Position numbers and translations under genes: made by a program. From contig JAVYLK010000002.1 of the NCBI GenBank assembly GCA_038740895.1, forward strand, positions 29,842 through 93,841: a DNA stretch of 64,000 bases. The letters are read 5' to 3'. The notes under the pieces are model-generated. The model saw nothing but the letters and a program-made list of their open reading frames with translations, did not search any database and was not told the DNA's origin. Source of the stretch: Candidatus Caldarchaeum sp. (GTDB taxonomy: Archaea > Thermoproteota > Nitrososphaeria_A > Caldarchaeales > Caldarchaeaceae). Of the stretch, positions 54,284 to 63,651 are shown in pieces (the first letter of the stretch is position 1; each line of letters starts with the position of its first letter).

Positions 54284-55261
54284 TTGATAATTGAAATGAA
54301 GCTGGCTACTTTTCATAACCCATACCTGCGTAAGCCCAGGCTGGGTCTCGTCTTTGGCGAGCATGTTATAGACTTGTCCGGAGCTTTCACCGCGGTTTTG
54401 AAGGATGAGGGGGAGGAGGATGCTGAGGTACTCGGCGAGGCGCTCCTTCCCAGCAGCATGACGGCTTTTCTTAGGAGAGGCAGGAGGGCTAGGGAGGCTG
54501 CGGACAGGGTGTTGTTCAAGGCCCGCAGCTTCATCAACAAAGAGTACGGCGACGGGCTGGCTTTCAAGCTTTCGGAAGTAAGGCTTTACGCACCAGTCCC
54601 AAGGCCCGGCAAGATAATACACACGGCGGGCAACTTCAGGGAGCATGCTAAGGAGGCTGAAAAAGCCAAGTGGGAGTTTCCCATACCCCAGTGGATCTCC
54701 TTCCTGAAAAGCCCGTCAGCGGTGGTGGGGCCGTACGACGACATAGTCAGGCCTAAGTTCGTCAAGGAGCTTGACTACGAGCTTGAGATGGCCATAGTAA
54801 TCGGTAGGAGGGGTAAGTACATCTCCAAGGAGAGGGCTTTCGACCACGTCGCAGGCTTCATGGTCTTCAACGACCTCACAGCCAGGGACATTCAGCGTGA
54901 GGAGATGAAGAACGGCCTGCTCAACTTCGGCAAGAACCTCGACAGCTTCGCCCCGATGGGGCCCTACCTCGTCACAAAGGACGACGTCAACGACCCCCAC
55001 AACCTCAGGATGGAGCTGAGGGTCAACGGCGAAGTCCGGCAGTCAGGAAACACAAACCGCCTCTCAGTATCCCTCCAAGAAATCATAGAACATTACTCGT
55101 GGGTGGTTCTCGAGCCAGGAGACGTCATAACGACGGGGACGATCTCAGGAGTAGCCGCCTTCAGGGAGAACCCGGAGAAATACTACCTCAAGCCCGGCGA
55201 CGTCATGGAGTCTGAGATAGAGCAGCTTGGAACGATGAGGAACAAGATCGTGGGAGAGTGA
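54284..55261 (+). CDS. Fumarylacetoacetate hydrolase (FAH) family protein
   Basis: LDYELEMAIVIG, VFNDLTARDIQ, GDVITTGTISGV. The start may be ATG 54296. Confidence 0.9.
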   Translation: MIIEMKLATFHNPYLRKPRLGLVFGEHVIDLSGAFTAVLKDEGEEDAEVLGEALLPSSMTAFLRRGRRAREAADRVLFKARSFINKEYGDGLAFKLSEVRLYAPVPRPGKIIHTAGNFREHAKEAEKAKWEFPIPQWISFLKSPSAVVGPYDDIVRPKFVKELDYELEMAIVIGRRGKYISKERAFDHVAGFMVFNDLTARDIQREEMKNGLLNFGKNLDSFAPMGPYLVTKDDVNDPHNLRMELRVNGEVRQSGNTNRLSVSLQEIIEHYSWVVLEPGDVITTGTISGVAAFRENPEKYYLKPGDVMESEIEQLGTMRNKIVGE

Positions 55262-56472
55262 TTAGCTTGTCTCCAGAGCCGTGGCGGAGCGAGAAGCACT
55301 GGGTTAGCCCGTTCAACTTCTCGGAAAACGTTTTGAGCGGCATGAGTTTCCCCGAAAAGATCGAGATACACGACGTGACTCTTAGGGATGGTGAGCAGGC
55401 TCCGGGGATAGTCCTGAGGTCGGATGAAAAGCTGGAGATTGCGAGGGCTTTGGACATGCTGGGGGTTCACAGGATCGAGGCGGGGATGCCTGTGGTGTCG
55501 CAGGAGGATTTCCGAGCGGTCAAGCGGATAGCCGCCGAAGGGTTGAAGGCCAGGGTGTTCGGTTTTTCAAGACTCGTCAAACAGGACATCGACGCAGCTG
55601 TACAAGCAGACGTCTCAGGCATCGTGACCGAGGGCCCCGTAGGTGTTCCCAAGCTAATGCAGTTCGGCTGGAAAGCCGAGGACGTTGTGGAGAAGGCTCT
55701 GGAGCACGTTGACTACGCGAAAGACCACGGGCTTTACACAGTCTTCTTCGGAGTTGACGGGACGAGGGCGGACCTCTCATTCCTCAAACACCTGTACAGC
55801 AGGGTTGTGAAGGAGGCTAAAGCCGACGCCGTGGCGGTCGTCGACACGATGGGATGCGCAAGCCCTGAGGGCTTCCGAAGCCTCGTCCGGGAGATCGTCA
55901 AGACTGTGAACGTGCCTGTCGAAGTCCACTGCCACAACGACTTCGGCCTAGGGCCCGCGGTGAGCATAGCGGGTCTCTCAGCTGGAGCAAGCGTGGTGCA
56001 CGTCTCCGTCAACGGCATAGGAGAGAGAGCCGGGAACGCCAGCCTCGAGGAGGTGGCTCTAAGCCTCGAGCTACTCTACGGAAGGAAGGTGGGTCTGAGG
56101 TATGAGAGGCTGGTCGAGGTCTCTAGGCTTGTGGAGAGGCTGACGGGCTTCAAGCTGGCCGCCAACAAACCCGTAGTAGGCGAAAGGGTTTTCACTAGGG
56201 AGTCTGGAATATCGGTCGCCGGCTGGATAAAGTACCATCTCGGGTCCGAGTCGTTCCTGCCTGAGCTGGTGGGCAACAAGCACGATGTCCTCGTGGGCAA
56301 GAAGAGCGGCCGCCACTCTCTCGAATGGAAGCTCAAAACCCTTGGGGTGGAAGCCAAGCCGGAGGAAATCGACGCAATAGTCGAGAAGGTCAAGCAGAAA
56401 TCCATAGAGAAGAAGGGCCCCCTCACCGACGAGGAGTTGTTGGAATGTCTTCAGACAGCCACTCAGAGATAG
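55258..56472 (+). CDS. HMGL-like / DRE-TIM synthase (homocitrate/citramalate/isopropylmalate synthase family, short form)
   Basis: HDVTLRDGEQAPG, HCHNDFGLGPA, VNGIGERAGNASLEE. 404 aa with no LeuA regulatory domain. 4-nt overlap with the FAH gene. Confidence 0.85.
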   Translation: MISLSPEPWRSEKHWVSPFNFSENVLSGMSFPEKIEIHDVTLRDGEQAPGIVLRSDEKLEIARALDMLGVHRIEAGMPVVSQEDFRAVKRIAAEGLKARVFGFSRLVKQDIDAAVQADVSGIVTEGPVGVPKLMQFGWKAEDVVEKALEHVDYAKDHGLYTVFFGVDGTRADLSFLKHLYSRVVKEAKADAVAVVDTMGCASPEGFRSLVREIVKTVNVPVEVHCHNDFGLGPAVSIAGLSAGASVVHVSVNGIGERAGNASLEEVALSLELLYGRKVGLRYERLVEVSRLVERLTGFKLAANKPVVGERVFTRESGISVAGWIKYHLGSESFLPELVGNKHDVLVGKKSGRHSLEWKLKTLGVEAKPEEIDAIVEKVKQKSIEKKGPLTDEELLECLQTATQR

Positions 56473-57521
56473 GGTTTCTCCAGGTACTCGACCCCGAGGG
56501 TGCGGTGGTGGGGGAGCCGGACCCAACCCTGACCAACGACCTTCTTGTGGCGATGATGAGGGACATGGTGAAAGCCCGTGTCTTCGACGAATGGATGCTG
56601 AAGATACATCCCCTGGGAATGGCTTCCCGCTACGCCCCCTGCGAAGGGCAGGAAGCATCGATGATCGGCAGCGTCTACAGCACCTCCAGCAACGACTGGC
56701 TCTTCCCAACCTACCGTGAATACCCCGTAGCTCTTGCACGTGGAGTCCCGCTGACTGAGATAATGCACAGGATGTTCGCCAACAGCAGAGACCTTCTGAA
56801 AGGCCATGAGATCACACTCTTCGGCGACAGAAGATACAGAATAGTGATAGGAGCGGGGGGCGTTTCGTTGATGGCGCCCGTGGCAGTCGGCATGGCCATG
56901 GCCTCAGCCATGAAGCGTGAAAAAGATGTTTTCCTAGTGTACATAGGGGACGGAGCGACGTCCAAGGCCGATTTCCACGAGGCTATCAACTGGGCTGGAG
57001 TGTTCAAGACCCCTGTTGTTTTCTTCTGCCAGAACAACCAGTGGGCGATCTCGGTTCCCTTCTCCCGTCAGACGGCTTCCTCCAGCGTAGCCGTAAAGGC
57101 GAGAGCCTACGGTATCCCCGGGCTGAGGGTGGACGGCAACGACGTCATGGCTGTCTACTCAGCTTGTAAGAGAGCTGTGGACAGAGCTAGGGAAGGCCTA
57201 GGCCCCACGCTAGTGGAGGCGGTGACGTACAGGATGGGGCCTCACACGACTGCAGACGACCCGTCGAGGTACAGGCCGGAGGAGGAGGTTGCCCTGTGGA
57301 GGCAGCGAGACCCGTTGAAGCGGATGAGAAACTATCTGAGCAGGAACGGGTTATGGGGGGAGAGCGATGAAAAACAACTATCGGAGGATTTCAGGAGAGC
57401 TCTGAGGCAGGCTACTGAAGAAGCTGAGAAGACCCCTCCGCTAAAGCCTTCGTCGATCTTCGAAGATGTTTATTCAAGCCCTCCATGGCATCTAGTCGAA
57501 GAGATGGAGGAGCTTAGTTGA
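56445..57521 (+). CDS. TPP-dependent 2-oxoacid dehydrogenase E1 alpha subunit (no E1 beta adjacent)
   Basis: YIGDGATSKADFHEAINWAGVFKTPVVFFCQNNQWAIS TPP motif and RMGPHTTADDPSRYR. Start placed at ATG 56445. Confidence 0.9.
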   Translation: MSSDSHSEIGFLQVLDPEGAVVGEPDPTLTNDLLVAMMRDMVKARVFDEWMLKIHPLGMASRYAPCEGQEASMIGSVYSTSSNDWLFPTYREYPVALARGVPLTEIMHRMFANSRDLLKGHEITLFGDRRYRIVIGAGGVSLMAPVAVGMAMASAMKREKDVFLVYIGDGATSKADFHEAINWAGVFKTPVVFFCQNNQWAISVPFSRQTASSSVAVKARAYGIPGLRVDGNDVMAVYSACKRAVDRAREGLGPTLVEAVTYRMGPHTTADDPSRYRPEEEVALWRQRDPLKRMRNYLSRNGLWGESDEKQLSEDFRRALRQATEEAEKTPPLKPSSIFEDVYSSPPWHLVEEMEELS

Positions 57522-58372
57522 GCCTCGAACCGCGTCGCATAACCCTGGCCGACGTGTCATCGCTCAAGCCACACGAACAATCCATCCAGCATGCTGTAGA
57601 CAAGCTTGCTCACGAAATCAAAACCTCCGGAAGAATAATCCATCCCGTAGTCGTCGACGCCAAAACCGGCCTAGTGGTTGACGGCACACACAGAGTTGAG
57701 GCCGTAAGGCAACTGAACCTCCGATACATCCCGGTTTACAGGGTTGACTACCTTTCGGAAAGCGTTGTTCTAGACGGCTGGGGTAGGGTGTTGAGGAAAA
57801 ACGTCGTCCCGGAGAAAGTCTTGCAGACGGCCTTGGACAAAGGTTTCAAGCCCGTTGAAGACGAGGGACATGACGCGGCGCTATGCTTCGTTGAAAACTC
57901 CGGCCGGAAAACATGCTTCGCCCTAGACGAGTCGGACCTGCTTAGGCTTTACGACAGAATATCGGGGCTTGAAAGACTGCTGTCCGTGCACGACGTCTCC
58001 TACGTCCCCGAGCCCGAGCTGTCGTATATTCTCAGGAGCGGAGGCTTTCGCATGGGCTACACAATACGAAGGCTGCGGAAAGCCGAGGTTCTCAACGTCG
58101 TCGAGAAAGGGTTTAGGCTTCCGCCCAAGTCAACGCGACATCTAGTCGACAGGAGGCCGATGTTTGTGCTCTGCCCTCTGGAGCTGCTGGTGCAGGAGGA
58201 TGCTAACCGGTTGTTCGAGGAATGGCTGGAGAAAGGCGTCTGGGTGGATCTGGGAAGCGGCGTCGTCATCGACAGGAGATACGACGAAAAAATCCTCCTT
58301 TACTTTAGGCAGGATTTACGCAGCCTCTACCCCGAGAATGTGCTGAAGCTGCTTGAAGCCGTCAAGGTTTGA
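57518..58372 (+). CDS. ParB/Srx-fold protein; candidate free serine kinase (SerK-like)
   Basis: LKPHEQ...IIHPVVVDAKTGLVVDGTHRVEAV is a ParB/sulfiredoxin-type N-domain. 4-nt overlap with E1 alpha, convergent with a SerA-like gene. The SerK assignment is inference. Confidence 0.55.
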   Translation: MSLEPRRITLADVSSLKPHEQSIQHAVDKLAHEIKTSGRIIHPVVVDAKTGLVVDGTHRVEAVRQLNLRYIPVYRVDYLSESVVLDGWGRVLRKNVVPEKVLQTALDKGFKPVEDEGHDAALCFVENSGRKTCFALDESDLLRLYDRISGLERLLSVHDVSYVPEPELSYILRSGGFRMGYTIRRLRKAEVLNVVEKGFRLPPKSTRHLVDRRPMFVLCPLELLVQEDANRLFEEWLEKGVWVDLGSGVVIDRRYDEKILLYFRQDLRSLYPENVLKLLEAVKV

Positions 58373-59288
58373 AGGCCTCGATTATCTTGGCGGCCAGCAT
58401 CCTTCCAGCTGCTTCCTGAGCCTCGTAGGTCTGCGCCCCAACATGCGGGGTTGCGACTACGTTGTCCAGCAGCAAGAGTTTACTGCCCGTCGGAGGCTCA
58501 CGCTCGAAAACATCGAGACCGGCTCCAGCCAGCCTTCCCGTCGATAATGCTTCGTAAAGAGCCTCCTCGTCAACAACCTCACCCCTAGAGGCGTTCACCA
58601 AGATGGCTGAAGGCTTCATCATCCCTATTTTCTCAGAGTTTATGAAGCGCCTCGTCTCTGGCGTAAGCGGTACGTGCAGAGTGATGACGTCGGAGTTCCT
58701 CAGAACATCCTCGAGCGATGTCAGCCTAGCCTCAGCCTCCTTAAGAACCTCGGCCGGTATAGGTATGACGTCGTAGGCCAGCACCCTCATCCCCATAGCA
58801 TGAGCTATCTTCGCCACAGCCCTGCCTATCCTTCCATAGCCCACCACGCCGAGCGTTTTACCAGCCAGCTCGACACCCATGGCCTCGTGCTTGGGCCATT
58901 TACCCGCCCTCATCATCCTGTCGCACCAAGCAACCCTCCTAGCCACCGCAATCATCAACCCGACCACAAGCTCTGCGACGCTGTTGGTCGGAGCCTCAGG
59001 CGTGTTCAATACCTTCACGCCATGCCTCGAAGCAGCCTCGACGTCGACGTTGTCAAGCCCCACGCCAGCCCTGCCGACAACCCTCAGGGTAGGCAGACCA
59101 CTCTCGATAACCCTCGCAGTCACCTTCGTGCGGCCCCGGACGACCAGTGCGCTGCATCCCTTGACCGCTTTCTCTAGGTCGGAGGCAGAGATGTCAGGCC
59201 GGTAGTCAACTTCGAACCCTGCTTCAGAAAGCATCTTCAACGAAGCCGGGTCAATCGGGTCTGCGACCAGAACACGTAATCCCATCAC
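58362..59288 (-). CDS. serA: D-3-phosphoglycerate dehydrogenase-like D-2-hydroxyacid dehydrogenase
   Basis: GVVGYGRIGRAVA NAD loop, NASRGEVVDE, TPHVGAQT. 308 aa, no ACT domain. Confidence 0.85.
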   Translation of the reverse strand: MMGLRVLVADPIDPASLKMLSEAGFEVDYRPDISASDLEKAVKGCSALVVRGRTKVTARVIESGLPTLRVVGRAGVGLDNVDVEAASRHGVKVLNTPEAPTNSVAELVVGLMIAVARRVAWCDRMMRAGKWPKHEAMGVELAGKTLGVVGYGRIGRAVAKIAHAMGMRVLAYDVIPIPAEVLKEAEARLTSLEDVLRNSDVITLHVPLTPETRRFINSEKIGMMKPSAILVNASRGEVVDEEALYEALSTGRLAGAGLDVFEREPPTGSKLLLLDNVVATPHVGAQTYEAQEAAGRMLAAKIIEAFKP

Positions 59289-59361
59289 TCAAACTAGTCC
59301 TTAGACGTATTTAAGTCAGAGACAAACATTTTTTACAAGGGATTACACCGACATAGCGAGC

Positions 59362-59646
59362 ATGCCTTTCAAGAGGAAAAGCAGGGGAAGGTCGAAAGGA
59401 GCCAAAGGGAAGGAAGCGACCGTCCAGTGCGACAACTGCGGGGCTTACGTTCCACGCAGCAAGGTCCAGAGGGTTACCCGCAGGGTCTCGCTTGTCCGTG
59501 GAGACCTGGCCCGTGAGCTGAAGCAGGCTGGGGCATACCTCGCGGAGAACATAGTTGTGAAGAACCTCTGCATCAGCTGCGCCATCCACTACGGTGTTCT
59601 GAAGGTTAGGGCTAGGCAGGAGAGGAAGCCGGAGCAGTTCATCTAA
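59362..59646 (+). CDS. rps26e: 30S ribosomal protein S26e
   Basis: MPFKRKSRGRSKG...VQCDNCGAYVPRSK...CISCAIH pattern. Confidence 0.9.
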   Translation: MPFKRKSRGRSKGAKGKEATVQCDNCGAYVPRSKVQRVTRRVSLVRGDLARELKQAGAYLAENIVVKNLCISCAIHYGVLKVRARQERKPEQFI

Positions 59647-59735
59647 GGTATATTCTGGGAATGGTTTAATAAAAAGAACCGCAGTGGTTGGTTCTAGAGG
59701 TGGTTTGTTTGGAAGCAGCTCCTCAGAGGGCTAGG

Positions 59736-60677
59736 ATGTCGCTTGTCAAGCTACGGGTGGCCATGCTGGGGACGTGGGCGCTTATAACGGCTCTGGCATC
59801 TCTGCTGTTCGTAGCCGTCCTATCCTTCCTAAGGATCCCGCTTCTGAACTTCTACACCATCATAGGCTTCGTCGTCTTCTTCCACGTCTTCCAATGGCTA
59901 ATAGGCCCCTACATCATCAACGCCGTCTACCGTGCAAAGCCCGCATCCGAGGCCGGCGTGGCTTGGGTTGAGGAGACGGTCAACCGGTTAAGCATCTCGG
60001 CGGGCATGGAGAAGCCGCCTAAGGCCTACGTGGCTGAGATCGACATACCCAACGCCTTCGCCTACGGAAGCCCTCTGACAGGCCCCATGGTTGCCGTCAC
60101 GCGGAGGCTTGCGGAATCGCTGCCACGTGAGGAGGTTGAGGCCGTGATAGGTCATGAGCTGGGCCACATAAAGCACAGGGATGTTTTGTTCATGATGGCT
60201 GTCAGCATTATCCCAGCAATCATCTACTACCTAGGGTATACGTTGTTTGTTTCAGGCGCCTACGGCGGGCGGAGGGATGGAGGAGCCTATGTCTTCCTCG
60301 TCGGGATAGTGTTGATGGCCTTCAGCTTCGTGTTCAACCTTTTCGTCTTCTACATGAGCCGTCTCCGTGAATACTACGCCGACTACTTTGCAGCCAAGAC
60401 TGTCAGGAATGGTGCACGCAACCTTCAGCGGGCGCTGGTGAGGATAATGATGATGTCTGGCCGTATCAAAAGGGAGGAGGCGACTCACTTCGAGCAGTTC
60501 AAGGCCTTCCTCATAGCCGACCCCGAGGTCGGCATACAGGCGTTCGGCGACGTCGACTCCATAGTTGAACGTGTCAAGAGCATGAAATCGAGCGGAGTCG
60601 TTGAGCTGTTCAGCACGCATCCAGACCCCGCCAAGCGTTTGAGAGCCTTGGACAACTACGTCTACAGCCCTCCATAG
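59736..60677 (+). CDS. htpX: HtpX-like M48 zinc metalloprotease
   Basis: HELGHIKHRD zinc motif, 4 TM, C-terminal STHPDPAKR. Start placed at ATG 59736. Confidence 0.88.
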   Translation: MSLVKLRVAMLGTWALITALASLLFVAVLSFLRIPLLNFYTIIGFVVFFHVFQWLIGPYIINAVYRAKPASEAGVAWVEETVNRLSISAGMEKPPKAYVAEIDIPNAFAYGSPLTGPMVAVTRRLAESLPREEVEAVIGHELGHIKHRDVLFMMAVSIIPAIIYYLGYTLFVSGAYGGRRDGGAYVFLVGIVLMAFSFVFNLFVFYMSRLREYYADYFAAKTVRNGARNLQRALVRIMMMSGRIKREEATHFEQFKAFLIADPEVGIQAFGDVDSIVERVKSMKSSGVVELFSTHPDPAKRLRALDNYVYSPP

Positions 60678-60722
60678 CCCGCATCATGCTTTTATACTCT
60701 GGCGTCCGCCTAGCTGTCGGCT

Positions 60723-61277
60723 ATGTCTTCAGCCAACGCCTCAATCATAGCGAGGCAGGCTGTCCTACGGTGTAAACACGCCCTTCCAATCCTCTCAGCC
60801 ATCTACCCACGCCCCCAGAGGTTCTCAGACATAGGCCGTAAGCTGGGAATACACGACAACGTGCTGGTCAGGAAGCTCGAGTCCCTCGTTTCCCACGGGT
60901 TGGTCGAGCTTACATCGGGCGGGTACGCTTTGACGGAAGGCGGCCGTCGTCTCATGGATACTCTCCAGCCTTTGATGAACGAGGTTGAGCCTGAGGTTGT
61001 GGCCGAGGTTCTTAAATGTAAGTGGTCGAAAGAAATTCTCAAAAAGCTCGTCAAAGGCCCGAGGTACAGCGTGGAGGTTGTTGACGGGATCGCTGGGCTG
61101 AGCTGGAAGGTTGCTTCTGAGAGGTTGAAGAAGCTTCAGAGGCTCGGGTTGGTGAGTAGAACAGTAGTCTCGGAGCAAAGCCCCGTCCGCGTGGTGTACG
61201 GGCTGACCAGGAAGGGGATGGTTGTTGCTTGGTGGGTTGAGCTTTTGACGCCCGCCATGGGCGAGGGGTTTCCGTAG
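60723..61277 (+). CDS. Tandem winged-helix transcription regulator (C-terminal HxlR-like)
   Basis: First wHTH: RFSDIGRKLGIHDNVLVRKLESLVSHGLV. Second: LKCKWSKEILKKL...LSWKVASERLKKLQRLGLVSR...VVYGLTRKG. Confidence 0.7.
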   Translation: MSSANASIIARQAVLRCKHALPILSAIYPRPQRFSDIGRKLGIHDNVLVRKLESLVSHGLVELTSGGYALTEGGRRLMDTLQPLMNEVEPEVVAEVLKCKWSKEILKKLVKGPRYSVEVVDGIAGLSWKVASERLKKLQRLGLVSRTVVSEQSPVRVVYGLTRKGMVVAWWVELLTPAMGEGFP

Positions 61278-61313
61278 AGTATATATAAAGCCTGCTCGGG
61301 CTAGCCCTAGATC

Positions 61314-61739
61314 ATGTCGGAGCGCTACGAGGTACCCGATGACCTCCTTTACACCAAGGAGCATGAATGGGTCAAGCAGGAGAAGAAGAAATACGCAGTA
61401 GTAGGGATAACAGACTACGCTCAGAAGAAACTACGCGAAATCATCTACATAGAGCTGCCTCACCTCAACACAAAGGTCAGGACGAGAGACGTTCTCGGAA
61501 CTGTTGAGTCAGTCAAGTCCACGGCAGACATCTTTTCACCCGTCTCAGGTAAAGTAGTCGAGGTCAACTCAACGCTGCTAGACCATCCCGAGATGCTTAA
61601 CGAGTCGCCTTACACCGATGGGTGGATAGCCAAGGTTGAGCTTTCGGACCCGGCTGAGCTCGACAAGCTGATGGACGCCGACGAATACAGAAGATACCTT
61701 GAAGAGCTCGAGGAAGAGAAAACAGAGGAAGAGATGTAA
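61314..61739 (+). CDS. gcvH: Glycine cleavage system H protein (lipoyl carrier)
   Basis: LLYTKEHEWV, lipoyl-lysine motif VESVKSTADIFSPVSGKVVEVN, acidic tail. Confidence 0.9.
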   Translation: MSERYEVPDDLLYTKEHEWVKQEKKKYAVVGITDYAQKKLREIIYIELPHLNTKVRTRDVLGTVESVKSTADIFSPVSGKVVEVNSTLLDHPEMLNESPYTDGWIAKVELSDPAELDKLMDADEYRRYLEELEEEKTEEEM

Positions 61740-61772
61740 AGCACAACACGCATAAGAATATATAGCTCTGGA

Positions 61773-62162
61773 GTGTATGGGTTGAGTGAACTAGCTCTAG
61801 GAGAGTGTTTGGTCGTGGTTTTGGTCAAGGTTCAGAGGATCACAAGCTACACAGACCCGGAGACGTTGAGGCCCGGGAAGATCATCGAGCTTGTTGAAGT
61901 TAGGCGTGGTAGTGGTTTTCAGGCAGTCGGCATGGGGGAGGAGTCGGTGATGGTTCAGCGGATGCTTCAGACCGCTATGCTTCAGCTCCAGTCCATGGGG
62001 TTGATGCCGGTCTCACGGGAAAACCTGTTTCCGAAAATTATCCTCTACGTGACGGAGCAGGAATACGACATGCTCAACGTAAAGCTGGAGGTCAACGAGG
62101 TTTACGAGGTCAGCTTCAACGACGGGTCTATTGTCTTCAAGAGGCCTCAGGGAATAGGCTAG
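61773..62162 (+). CDS. Hypothetical protein (129 aa)
   Basis: ORF with protein-like composition directly after gcvH. No family recognised. Confidence 0.4.
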   Translation: MYGLSELALGECLVVVLVKVQRITSYTDPETLRPGKIIELVEVRRGSGFQAVGMGEESVMVQRMLQTAMLQLQSMGLMPVSRENLFPKIILYVTEQEYDMLNVKLEVNEVYEVSFNDGSIVFKRPQGIG

Positions 62163-62617
62163 TCCACGTCTCTCTGCTGCCAGAGCCGCTTGAACCAAGA
62201 AGGCACTCTAGGGTCTTCGACAACGTCATAATAGTCGTAAGGCTTGATGTCCAGAACAGGCGTGGATGTGTAGGCGTCGAGGCCTAGAACCCTCAAACCT
62301 TCCTCAAACACCTCGACAAGCCTGCAGACAGCTAGGCCTACCGGGTTGGGCCGTGCGGGGCCTCTTGAAGCGAACACGCCCACTTCAGGTAGTTCGGGCC
62401 GACCCCTCGGCCTAACAACCAGCTCAGCGCGCTTCTCAAGATGGAGGTAGAAAATCACGAAGACGTGGCTGTATTCCTCAAGACCCTTCAACCCAGGGCG
62501 GTATTCTTCGAAGACCTCTATCGTCGAGACATCTCTCCACCGGCTCCACTCCACCGTCTTGTCCAGCGGCATGCCATCCTTCACACGCCCGACCGGCTTC
62601 AGCACAACCATGTCCAA
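62159..62617 (-). CDS. trmO: TsaA/TrmO-family tRNA methyltransferase (UPF0066)
   Basis: PVGRVK, LEEYSHVFVIFYLH, RPNPVGLAVCRLVEV, GLDAYTSTPVLDIKPY. Confidence 0.85.
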   Translation of the reverse strand: MDMVVLKPVGRVKDGMPLDKTVEWSRWRDVSTIEVFEEYRPGLKGLEEYSHVFVIFYLHLEKRAELVVRPRGRPELPEVGVFASRGPARPNPVGLAVCRLVEVFEEGLRVLGLDAYTSTPVLDIKPYDYYDVVEDPRVPSWFKRLWQQRDVD

Positions 62618-62620
62618 GAC

Positions 62621-63220
62621 CTATCCCCTCAACGCCACAGCAGTAGCCCAGACACGCTGAACAACCGTGATGAATGAAACAACTGAGATAAAAACAGCTG
62701 AGCCGTACAGCGTCAAGGGGTTTAGGTATGCTAGGAAGGTGCCGAGGATGGCTGCGACAACCCTTACAGCTCTCTCTCCTATCCCTACTTCTTTGAGGCT
62801 CACGTTGAGCGACTCGCCCCGAGCCCTAACGTAACTGACCAGCATGGACAAGGCCAGCATCAAAACAGCCAACAACCCGTCGACGTGTCCTGTTAGCATG
62901 AAACCCACAACAATCAAACTGTCCGAAACCCGGTCGGAAACCGAGTCGACGAAAGCCCCCAGCCTAGAATGGCTTCCAGTCAACCTAGCCAGAGAGCCGT
63001 CAAGCCCGTCCAGCAGAGCGCCAAAAGACAGGGCAAAACCAGCCGCCAGAAAATATACGCGTTCGACTCGGGCCAGCCCATAGAAGAATAGAGATAGAAA
63101 AGTCAAGCCAACACCTGCAGCCGTCAAGAGGTTGGGCGAGACACCCGCCCGGGCGAACAGCCTGACAACAGGCAGTGCTGCATTCTCGAAGAATGCCCTG
63201 CCACGTCTGCTCACAGCCAC
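62621..63220 (-). CDS. CDP-alcohol phosphatidyltransferase (archaetidyl-inositol-phosphate/serine synthase type)
   Basis: DGLDGSLAR-x8-G-x3-D-x3-D motif (DGLDGSLARLTGSHSRLGAFVDSVSDRVSD). 199 aa, multi-TM. Confidence 0.88.
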   Translation of the reverse strand: MAVSRRGRAFFENAALPVVRLFARAGVSPNLLTAAGVGLTFLSLFFYGLARVERVYFLAAGFALSFGALLDGLDGSLARLTGSHSRLGAFVDSVSDRVSDSLIVVGFMLTGHVDGLLAVLMLALSMLVSYVRARGESLNVSLKEVGIGERAVRVVAAILGTFLAYLNPLTLYGSAVFISVVSFITVVQRVWATAVALRG

Positions 63221-63300
63221 GAATGTCCACCTCGTTCTCCTGATTTATGTTTACCTCACGGCGACAGGTTTATATCATGTTAATGCTGATCCTCCGACTG

Positions 63301-63651
63301 ATGGCGGCCGACGAGGCTTTGATGCAGGCGATGAGGCTTGTTGAGGCTGCTAGAACAAACCCCGAAGTATCCAAGAAAGCATCAGGATGGGGCAAGGTCG
63401 TCCAGTTCAAGCCGAGCGACGGCAAGCCTTTCTACATCCACTCATCCGCCGGCGTTCTCGCCGTAAGCGAGGGACTTCACCCCAACCCCTCGGCTTCAAT
63501 CGAGTCAACTCACCGAGACCTAGTCTCAATCCTGAAAGGCGAGATGGACGCCGTCAAAGCCTTCTTCTCAGGAAGGATAAAGATCAAGGGCGATGTCTTC
63601 GCAGCGCAGGAGCTTAACTCCATCTTCACGTCGCTGTTAAAGGGCGGTTAG
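63301..63651 (+). CDS. SCP2 sterol-carrier-like domain protein
   Basis: ...MDAVKAFFSGRIKIKGDVFAAQELNSIF SCP2 C-terminal motif. Start placed at ATG 63301, ~27 nt after TTTATAT (63271-63277). Confidence 0.7.
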   Translation: MAADEALMQAMRLVEAARTNPEVSKKASGWGKVVQFKPSDGKPFYIHSSAGVLAVSEGLHPNPSASIESTHRDLVSILKGEMDAVKAFFSGRIKIKGDVFAAQELNSIFTSLLKGG

